Shown here piece after piece: positions 54,258 to 64,000 of a DNA stretch of 64,000 nucleotides. The translations under genes and the position numbers were made by a program. The DNA lies in the NCBI RefSeq assembly GCF_002105155.1, contig NW_019028979.1, positions 1,054,001-1,118,000 on the forward strand. The letters are read 5' to 3'. The notes below the pieces were generated by a model that did not search any database, was not told the DNA's origin, and worked only from the letters and a program-made list of their open reading frames with translations. The DNA is from Lobosporangium transversale (Eukaryota). Each line of letters opens with the position of its first letter. The stretch's first letter is position 1.

Positions 54258-57200
54258 ATGATAGGATCAACACTTCTCAACGAACGAAGCCGTCAACTGC
54301 AACAGGCACAGGCACAGACACAGCGTCAAAACCAGACATCAATTCCTATTCATTTTTCACCTTTGGCCCAAACCGCTCCTCGGTCACTCTCGCCGGAAGA
54401 ACAGCTGGCGCGGATGACTCTTTTGGACGAGCTCATGGATGACATTGGCATGGGAAAATTTCAAATGCAACTCTTGGTAATGACAATAATAAATAAAGAA
54501 CAAAAATGCCAACCGTGGCATTATCATCCCAACTGTACTTCTGGGTCTACTTTTATACCTCATTGGTTGTCATTTTTATCCTTTTATTGTCTAACATTTT
54601 AATAACTCCATGACTACACAGGTTCTCTGTGGATTGGGGTGGTTTGCTGATAATGTAAGTAGCAATGGCAAAAAATAAAGGAAAAAAAGTTGATTTAACA
54701 GTAAGAATTTCTCGTAAAACATCTATTTTGTCTTAAACTTGATTCCATTCACGTAGATGTGGCTACAGGTAAGAAATAAAAGTGATAATTTCAATGGTGA
54801 AGTGGTGAATACACGCTTGGGATTTAAACTGATCAAATAAAAAAATGCCCTCTATTCTTCATTGTTGATACTCCTTCTTTTGTCGATCGATATCGCATGG
54901 CGATTAGTGCATGGCACTGATTTTACCCCGCGTCCAAGGTGACTACAGAGAGCAAATTTAATACTTTGTTGCTAGTTAATTCATGACCAGCTGCTTGATT
55001 CTCTTTGCGAGTGGAATGCTCATATCTGAAAGGAGACTGTGCTAATGCTACCTATCTCTTGTTATCTCATTAAAATCAGCGCAATTTGAGGTCCAAGATC
55101 AATATATTGGTATTCTTTCTAGCTCCACATTCGTGGGAATGATGTTTGGAGCAATGTTCTGGGGCATGCTCTCAGATTCTCATGGACGCAAGCAGGCTTT
55201 TAATTTTACACTCATCGTCACAACCATTTTTGGAATCGCTGCCAGTTTCGCCAACAGTTACTGGTTGCTATGTCTCTTAGCCCTTTGCTTGGGTTTTGGG
55301 GTAAGGATCCTACTATTTGCTTTTTCTTAGTTACTAATTGCATCCAAAAATGTCAAAGGAGAGTGACTCTTTATTTTGTTCCTAATATCAATAATTACAA
55401 TCCAATTTCATTAATTTTTCAGGTGGGCGGGAATATGCCAGTAAGTAATCCTAAATGAAGCTGCTCGTATCAATTCTATCATTACGGAAACATTGAGAGC
55501 GAGCTTCCAAAACAACCATTGATTTAAACTGTCTCCTTTCTCCTTTTTGTTTCTGATCCATTTCTCCCTGCATTATTCATACGGATCATAAGGTGGATGG
55601 TAATAATAATGAAATTAGGAACTAGGAGGATATGATCAAGATATGGCTTACTGTTGTAATCAGTTACTGCTCTGCTAAGCCTTCCATTTTTTATTAACAG
55701 GTGCTTTGTTCCTTGAGTTTACACCAAAGAAAAGTCAGTATCTTTTGACCTTTCTATCAATTTTCTTTTCATTCGGTGCGGTGGCAACATCTATTCTCGG
55801 ATATATTTTACTACCACCATTCAGCTGCGAACTGCCTGTGCCAGGCGGCTGCCAAGAGAAAGGATGGCGATACATGTTTCTTGCATTAGGTGGTGTGGTA
55901 AGTGAATCTCTTACTGGAAGTACTTTTATTTTTATTTTATTTTATTTTATTTTTTTTTTTGGCAATAAATGATGAATAGGGTATATTGGAATGAAGAATT
56001 AATTATATTTTTAAAAAAGACGCTGTCGATGGTTGTTGGACGCGTCTTACTGTTCAGATTAGAAGAATCACCCAAATTTCTATTGAATCATAACCGCCAT
56101 GAGGAAGCAGCGATGGTTCTCCGTCGAATCTATAAAATCAACCACCATAGGAACCAGCATCGTAACTCAGAAGTTTTTGAAGAGAACATTGAGACCCTCA
56201 CTTCTCGATTCAACTGCTCTCACGTTGCGGATGAACTTTCCTCACCACGGTCCTCAGAGGAGGAGCTATATTCTGACTCTGAATCTGTACAAGAGACAGA
56301 GCCATCAGATAATCGTAATAACGCCGCAGTAGGGCCTGCTAGAAGGTCACAAGATGATATTCATCAACGTCCAGGACCAATACTACGAAGTAAATACGGG
56401 ATGATGTTTTATAGAAAACGTCGCCAATGGCAGCAAAAGATTGATGTCGCTATCTCAAGAGTGAAGCCATTATTATCACCCAGGTTTCGACTTAGTACGA
56501 TCTTGATCTGGATCATCTGGGCCTTGGTGGCATTTGCCTACACAGCATTTAACGTATTTTACCCAAAGTTTTTACAGGAACATGGTGCAGTAGGCAACCA
56601 ATCCTTACGACAGGTCTACCTGGATATCCTTATTTACTCTGCTGCTGGTGTGCCTGGCTCGTTTGTATGTGATAAAAATAGCCCTAGCTGTTAAATGATG
56701 GTCTCTTTCAACTTATAATTTTTAACATTTCGCCGTCTGCTAATCTTTGTTTTCTTCTTTTTTAAAACTATACAATTCACTAGCTCGCCACAATCATGGT
56801 TGAAGGACGGCTTGGTCGTCGCTACACAATGGCCGTTGCAACACTTGGAACTGCTCTGGCCGCTGCCCTTTTCGCAGCCTTAAGCAGCCATGCAGCCATG
56901 ACCACATTCTCGGCTATTCTTAGTTTATTGGCCACCTTGAACTATGCTGTCTTATACTCGTACACACCTGAAGTATTTCCTTCTGAGATCCGTGGTACAG
57001 CTTGCGGTGTAGCTGCAGCCATGTCACGATTGTAAACTAAGCATGAAATAAGCAAACTAGAAACGACTCAATGTCGTCCCAGTACAATATAATTCTACTA
57101 ACTCACACTTATGTTATTGTTTCTTACTGTTTAATCGTAGGGCGGGTATTTTATCACCTCTGATTGTTGGAGCCATGCTTACTGTCAGTACTTATTTCCC

Positions 57201-57288
57201 GCTTTATGCGTCCTGTGTGACTTTCCTCATTTCCGGTATTTGTATGTGCTTTCTCCCTATCGAGACCAAAGGGCGAGCTGCAGAATAG
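54258..57288 (+). CDS. Major facilitator superfamily transporter (SV2/SVOP-like sugar-transporter group), 11 exons
   Basis: Exons 54258-54476, 54622-54654, 54757-54768, 54908-54938, 55080-55300, 55423-55440, 55593-55599, 55701-55897, 56020-56664, 56784-57031, 57141-57288. IGMGKFQ..LCGLGWFADNMWLQ, motif A WGMLSDSHGRK, GGNMPVDGALFLEFTP, ESPKFL, YTPEVFPSEIRGT and LPIETKGR. Confidence 0.93.
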
Positions 57289-57541
57289 AAGGAAATCAAC
57301 GAGTGTAAAAATGATTACCTATAATGTACTTATTAGATACTAGAATCCACGAGGCCTCCGCTCTAAGTTAAACTTTTCATTTCTAAAGACTATTTTCAAA
57401 AGTTATCCCAGGATATCTGTGTGAAGTTTCTATTTTATTATTTTTGGCAAAGACCCACGAGATTATATAGGGTTTATAAAATAGCTGTGGGAGGTTTTTA
57501 TAATGTCTTTCTAATTGTACAACGCTATAGAATTGAAGAGA

Positions 57542-58190
57542 TTTTTTTTTTTTTTTTTTTTTTTTGATAACAAGGACCCACGAGGTCATGTAGGATTTAT
57601 TTAGATGTTAACTCTATAAATGGGTACATCCTGTTCATAAACCACGTCAGCATTGAGTAGACTTCCTTGGTCCCAGAGGACCTGTGGCACGGCTCTACTC
57701 CCTACTTGACCTGTTGTGCGCGAAGGTCATCCTTTAGCCGCTGTCCTCAATCATCAAAAATTTACAGCTTTCCAGGCGCTCCATAATCGCCAATTCCACC
57801 TGCTGCCGGTAGCTTGCCGCCACTCGCCGGTCTGCCTCAGTCCTGATCGCCTTCACATCTGCTGTTCGTCGTTGTCCCTGGTGAGAGCCAAAGAATTCAC
57901 CTCTGCTACGTCTGTGCCTCCCAACACAGTTGCGTCCCCTGGCGCGTTTGCTCACAAAGGTGATACCATTGTCTCTTTCCCAGTTGACGGTGACTTTGCA
58001 GCATCTGTTCCAGATTTCAGTCCTGCCGAGTTCCTCGATTGACTTGACAAAGCGGCAAACAATGTACCTTGAGATCGATGCTGTGGTTCTGAAGATCGTC
58101 TTCCATTTTTGTATCAGTCCCTTCGGCACCAAACCGTGTTACAAGTCTTGGACAGTCCAGTGGGCATCCTCACCCTCGTTCCTCCGTCCC
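57542..58190 (-). mobile_element. Non-LTR retrotransposon, short 5'-truncated copy (family B): ORF2 C-terminus, 3' UTR and poly(A) tail
   Basis: T24 at 57542-57565 is the poly(A) tail, with a 3' end shared with the neighbouring copy. Minus-strand frame HWTVQDL*HGLVPKG...RTEIWNRCCKVTVNWE...KFLMIEDSG* (stop 57734) carries one in-frame TAA. Confidence 0.88.
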
Positions 58191-58191
58191 A

Positions 58192-60379
58192 TTTTTTTTT
58201 TTTTTTTTTTTTTGATAACAAGGACCCTCAGGGTCATGGGATTTATTTTCTACACTCTATGAACAAAATGCTCCAGAAACTATAGTCAATAAACAGCTAT
58301 TACTGCACAAACGACAAGAGCCGCTGTATCCATGATTTCATAAACCCTGACCGCCGTGGTTGGTACTCAAAGTCCACCTTTCCGACGTGGCCTGTTGCGC
58401 AACGCGACAAATTATCCGCTATCCATAGTCATCAAAAACTTCATTCCACCTAGCCGCTCCATCACGTCCAGTTTGGTTTTCCCAAGGTAACTGTCCCGGA
58501 CTCGGCCATCCGCGATCTTGTAGATCTCTTTTACATTCAGCTTCTGTCTTTGTCTGAGGGAAGGGACAAGGAAATCATTGCTACTACGTCTGTGCTCCCC
58601 AACACAGTTGCGTCCTCTAGCGCGTTTGCTCATAGCAGTGATTCCACGAGCCTTTTCCCATTCAACGGTGACTTTACACCGTTTGTTCCAGATTTCTGTA
58701 CGACCGAATTCCTCTATGGCCTTGACGAAGCGCCCTGCCATATATGTAGCTATCATTGTTGTTGTCTTGAAGCCAACTTTCCAACTCTGAGCAATGGACT
58801 TGGGCGTAAGTCCATGGTAAATGTCCTGCACAGACCAATCTGGTGTGTGCTCTCTCTCTTCCTCATCATCGCCGTTCCTATCACCATGGCGTCGTACTTC
58901 TCGCACACCATCGATATGCATCTCCAGAGTTTCCCAAATGTAGTCCTCCTCTGCCGCAGTAAAAGTTGGCTCTTTTGTCCTTGGTGGGTCTACACCTCTC
59001 TCTCTGGCCCTTTGTGCTTGCTCCTGCACTGCTTTCAACTCTTTCCTCCATGTCCCCTCCCCTATCACATTCACATTTTGGATTATCTCCTTCCACTTCT
59101 CGGCCTGAGTCTCCATCGTCCTTGGACATCTCCAGATGTGCGATGTGTCTTCATCCTCTGTCCCACACACTCTGCAGTTGCCGTCTTCATAAAGGTCTGG
59201 CCTCCAGTGTCTCATATATGACTGTATAGGCAACATTCCATGGAGTTGCTTGATCCTGTGCGCTCGCTTTTGGCAGTCCGCTGGGCTGGTGAAGAGTCCT
59301 TTCGGTAGGTTGCTATCATGAACAATGTTCATAGTAGCTCGCCAATCAATTTTTGTCCAATCCTTAACATGCTCCTGCGTCCTGTTCTGAGCGATCCACG
59401 TGTGATGTGTACGAGTTGTTGACTGTAACTTAAGGATCTGCCTTAAGTCATCTTCCGCTGGTACACCGTTGAACTTTGCATGGCAGTACATGTCATTATG
59501 CTCCGTTATGTTGATATCCCATAGCTCGCCATAATGTCCATGTTTTGCTGCTTCGTCCGCTTCTTCGTTCCCTCTGTTGCCGGCATGTCCTTTGACCCAC
59601 TCGACCGTGACTTCCGATCCTTGTTGAATAAATGCGTTGTGTATAGCTGCCCACCATACTGCATACGGTGATCTAATACGTTGTCGCAACGTGCTATCCA
59701 CTCTGCCTCGGACCAATGCTCGGAATTGAGTCACAACTGCGCTGTTATCAAGTCGGATTGTCATAGGTCTGTTTCGTGGGCTGATAAGTATTCCTGCCAA
59801 CAAACCAGCTAGCTCTGCCTTTGTCGAGGATGCGTTGCCTGCTACTCTACCAGATAGCGCAGTGTAAAACTCACCCTCTTGTGTCTGGACTACCACACCA
59901 AATGCCATACTTACTCTTTCAGTGCCAATATCTTTGAGAGATCCATCCGTATAAATGACATTACCCGGCTGGGTATTGTACCGTTCCCTTTGGCGTTGGA
60001 TTTTCTCCTCGGTATTGGCACTAATGATAACTCCATTTGTGTCCCTGGCTAGGCCTCTGTTGACTTCAGGGATCACTTTTAGGCACGGTGTCTCGTTGGA
60101 ATCCAGGTCGACTTTTGCTCTCCTTAGCAGAGCTTGCTCGCTCAGACCCTCATATCTCCTTGTGTTCTGGGTCCGGCGTCTCCTCGCTTCTTCGCGGGCT
60201 CGTATGCGTTCACCATGCCTTCGCTCTCGGTCCTGGTGGCGTTCTGCTCTTCTGACTATGGCATCTAACTTTGCTCTTTGTCGCCTAAGATTATGTTCTC
60301 TGGTTGCTCTGCGCGCCTCTTTCATAACAGCTTCTCGTCTCTTTTTCCGCTCCTTCTGTTGATCTGGCACTTTGTCCAT
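58192..60379 (-). mobile_element. Non-LTR retrotransposon (L1-like), 5'-truncated copy (family A): RNase H, CCHC finger, 3' UTR and poly(A) tail; no RT or endonuclease retained
   Basis: T22 at 58192-58213. Uninterrupted ORF 58412-60379 with RNase H catalytic motifs IYTDGS, STKAELAG, IRLDNSAV and WVKGHAGNRGNEEADEAAK, then HGMLP and CRVCGTEDEDTSHIWRC (CX2CX8HX3C). AATAAA about 28 nt before the tail. Confidence 0.92.
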
Positions 60380-60491
60380 TTATGAATTTATCTTTTGGCA
60401 CTTCGTCCAACTTTTTATTATCATTTTGTTCATTTTCTGTCAATCTTTGGGATCATTAATAAATCTTTCCACGTCAATTTCCACAGAACTG

Positions 60492-60565
60492 GCTCTTGTG
60501 GCGCAATTGGTTAGCGCGTCTGACTGTTAATCAGGAGGTTGGTGGTTCAAGCCCACCCAGGAGCG
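60492..60565 (+). tRNA. tRNA-Asn (GTT), intronless
   Basis: Acceptor stem GCTCTTG/CAGGAGC, A box TGGCGCAATTGG (60499-60510), anticodon arm TCTGA-CTGTTAA-TCAGG (GTT at 60526-60528), B box GGTTCAAGCCC (60544-60554), discriminator G. TTTT at 60571-60574 and a longer T run near 60596. Confidence 0.96.
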
Positions 60566-60612
60566 ATATCTTTTGGGAAAAGGCGACTCAAAGTGTTTTT
60601 TTGGGATGAAGT

Positions 60613-60659
60613 TATTTGAACTGCCCGTACACACCTTATTTACACGGGTCTTTATTTCA
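60613..60659 (-). repeat. Inverted, internally deleted fragment of the left end of the MITE-like element at 62256
   Basis: 60613-60645 matches the reverse complement of 62307-62339 at 31/33 (23 contiguous identities). 60646-60659 is the exact reverse complement of 62261-62274. Confidence 0.8.
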
Positions 60660-62255
60660 TCTACAAACAGCAACATGTATCCTACAGATTACATGATTCT
60701 AGCTTTTTATTTCGAAGGAGATAAGCGAAGGTGAGTCTAGAGTAGAGGGGAGTCTGGGATTATTACTGTTGGAACTTGCAGCGCCGTGAGAGCTGCGATA
60801 CTCATCGCGCTCTGTCGCAATATTATGATAGGTAAAAAACACTAATGCGCTAAAAAGATTAGCAGTAGAAATTAGTGGCAATAACGCGCCACACAAAGAC
60901 GCGATAAATCTTTGATATGAAGTTTTTAGAACGAACCTTTATCATCTTATAGATAGATACGTAGTTACCTGGTACAAGTCCCTCTACCAGAAAATGAATA
61001 AATGCCCCATGGGTGTGGTATATGGATCCATATCTTATTCTCACTTACTTTTCTACTGCTTATTATCTATCTACAAAATACTTTTCACGCTCTATTTCGC
61101 TCTACAGTCACCCGAAAGAAAGTCTGGTCAAAGTGGGTTATTTTTATTTTTTTATTATTATTTTTTATTTTGAATCTCTAACAAACAGCTCATTTGTGAC
61201 ATATAAAAATACTTCACCAACCAAGATGGAAATTTACACTTTTGTTAATGAGGCCAATGTGGATAATCACTGAGGTCTTTGGGCAGCACATGCTGAGGGA
61301 AAACGGGAAGAAATAGGATTGAAGACAGCACTTCTCTTCATAACCATTTCAGAATTTTATTTTTTCAACCAAACTTTCTTTCAGGTGATTGTACAATATG
61401 AAGCTAGTCCCTAGCTGTAGAGCATCTACATGTGCTGCTGAGTATGCAGTACTGCGTGCTAAAGACGACCCAAGGCAAGTTCTGGCTATTTTATTGGTGA
61501 AAAATCAACCCTGATTGAGTATGATAATAAACTTGGAATGTAATGAGACAAAAATAAGGAACAGAAAAGAGTAATTATGTCTCTTTTCTATCACTATTAG
61601 TTACGGCTATGCTATTAAAGTATTTTAGCTATTTAGATATAGGGATATAGGCTTTGAGTGCGAACTGTCACCAACTATCAAAAGATAAGTAATCTCTCGG
61701 GTTACAAACGAGTGAGAGGATAGACATTCCACAAAATAAACTGAGGTCTACCCATTGTATTTTCGTGAATTTGATAAATAATATTTAGTGCCGAGGGCGC
61801 TTGAGCTCTTAATAAAGAAGGACAGATATAAGGACATATAAGAAAGAGAAAAGAAAGAGAGTAGTAACACGGCACGCTATGCATCGTAGCAGTGAATATG
61901 ATTGTTTGTATATCTACCGAAATAAACTACACGTTAATTACTGAACTCATCGTTGTGTGCTTAATAGTGACGGAAATACTAGAGATGTATGCACGCGCTA
62001 AATGAAAGAAAGCATCGGGGAATCTATAACAACACGGCCAACAAAAGTGCAAAGTAGAGCGGCATAGTATATTTCAATTATAGATAAATCATTTGTAATT
62101 CTGTATTTAGTCCCAGAGTCGCATAAAGAATATCAACATCTACTCGGAGCTACGTACGACCTTGATAGGATAAATATTCTGGTCAGTATTTGATGCTTGG
62201 GTATCGGCTCTGGATCTAAGCTCGTATCGTGGAAGGCTTCCCGGTAGTGGTATTT

Positions 62256-62649
62256 AAGACTGAAATAAAGACCCCGTACAAATAAAAAAAAAAGACCTGG
62301 GGAGCAGTGTAAATAAGGTGTGTACGGGCCGTGCAAATAGATTTTTTAAGTATTTGTACGGCCCCCATGTAAATATCTTTTTCCTTTTTTTTTTTTTTTT
62401 TTTGGGTCACAGTATTCATATACAATACGACGCACCAAACAGGAAGATCCTATATCGACAGATGCCATCTGAAACTTTGAGATGGTTTAATGATCTCAAG
62501 GAATGGATTAATCTAATTGGGGCCCCATATTAAATACACCATTATTTGACAGCCTATTTTTTGGGCAGCCACTTAACTTCACACGCTTGGGTAGCAGCTG
62601 GGTTGTCAGATAATGAGGTTATTTGCACGGGGGTTATTATTTCAGTCTT
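62256..62649. mobile_element. MITE-like non-autonomous DNA transposon (about 394 bp) with imperfect ~30-bp terminal inverted repeats
   Basis: Left end aagactgaaataaagaccccgtacaaataa (62256-62285) versus right end ttatttgcacgggggttattatttcagtctt (62619-62649); the outer 13 bp are perfectly inverted. Four copies of CCGT(A/G)CAAATA, two per orientation. No clear TSD. Confidence 0.65.
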
Positions 62650-64000
62650 TCAATTAAACCCCGTCTTTAATTGGTGGGCTTCCTCTAAATAAAAATGTCA
62701 ATAGACAGGAAGCATTAAGATCGCATAAATATGTTGATGCGCCTCTAACCGTTACTGTCACTGGTGTAGCTGAATGTCGCGATCAAAAAGCTTGGTAGAT
62801 CTTTTTTGTTGGATGTCAACAAGTTCAACAGGAGCTCCTGTGCTTCTCATCGGCACAGAATTGTCCTCAGTAACCGAAATACGAGGGTTTTTACAGACAA
62901 AACTAGAAGTGAGGCCAAATAACGCTAGGTAGGTTGCCAAGCAAATCATGAGGGTGTTCCGTATTGTGACAGGATGACAGTCAATTATTGGACACTGCTT
63001 TATTTGCGACTCCAGAAATGGGGCAACCCATTTATAAAGCTAGTATCTTATCAATAATCAAAGCTCAGGAAAAACGCATTTTTGGATGGGTATCCCGTTG
63101 TTACCCTTTAATGAGGTATTCGTTAATTGGGGAAATGATATTCGCCCATGTGAAAAAGCTACTACTTGCCAAAAAAAAGACTTTAAATCTGTCTAGCTCT
63201 GTATGAATTGATCAAAATTGCTAAAACCACTTTCTATCTTTTGCAATATTCTCTTGGGAGTGAGCGTATTATCAGACATATATATATATATACGAGAGGC
63301 CTCTTTAAGCATATATCAGTTAGCCAGATGCAACAGAGAGAGTAGCTTCTTTAATCCGATGCTCAAAGATATAGACTAGGGATAGAACCAATACTAAATA
63401 AAAAGAGCAAGTGGATTGGTATAGCATCAGTAGCACAGACCTTTTAATGGTTCTCAAATCTAATCGAGCATGATATGGGCGTTACAAGTTTTCCTTTTCC
63501 AAGCAGGGGAAATTCCTACTGTGCAACCATATTGAGTTCGAACTGACTTACAAAATGAACTGTACTCATCGCCTACCTCCGATGGCAGTAGTAAATCATC
63601 CAGTTATTGCCTCCGGGGCACAAGCTACACAACCGTAAGCTCTGTCATCGATTTTTTCTAGACAATCGTAATGAGTCTGGGAAATATCTTTAAGCCATAG
63701 ACATCAGAACAGTACTCTCTGTAACTGACATGTTCCACACCAATTAGCTATCGAGACAGCACCACAGGAAACCGAACGTCCCTGACTTTGGATTATCCAA
63801 GAAAAAGGAAAGCGAGGATCCATAAGAGAAAAACCAGTGCTTGATGGGCCTATTGAAGGCCTCTATCCAACCTAGTAGCTAGCTTAGTGATAAGCTCAAA
63901 AATATTATCCTAGGCTCTATCAAACGCCATTACTAAAGAGTTAATCTGCTTTGCACTACTTCCTACCAGCCTTGCACTATCGCCAGTAAAGCTACCGCCA

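Noticed and set aside
62700..64000. Degraded coding-like sequence including a DFGLSK string near 63784
   Set aside because: No other kinase motifs in frame and frequent stops; likely chance or an unidentifiable relic.

Overview
AT-rich, intron-dense eukaryotic DNA. The gene content (fungal CSL, Zn2Cys6, Slm1-like, an F-box/LRR family) points to an early-diverging fungus, most resembling Mortierellaceae; this is an inference. Intact spliced genes: CSC1/OSCA channel (partial), TIM13 (missed by the ORF track), SEC10, an AAAP amino-acid transporter, an F-box/LRR protein, RVB1, a CSL transcription factor, a Zn2Cys6 factor, a Slm1-like BAR-PH protein and a micro-exon-rich MFS transporter. Decayed genes lie between them (F-box/LRR, GST, ABCB). 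Two things stand out. (1) Two diverged, 5'-truncated, poly(A)-tailed non-LTR retrotransposons (the larger retains RNase H and a CCHC finger) are stacked at apparently one site about 110-115 bp upstream of a tRNA-Asn gene, 5' ends facing the tRNA. This is the pattern expected of a tRNA-gene-targeted LINE. (2) A signal peptide-Kelch-like ectodomain-Ser/Gly stalk-TM-pseudokinase receptor-like gene, damaged in its 5' half in this copy. A small MITE-like element and a related fragment lie downstream of the tRNA. All exon models were read by hand; no database search was run.
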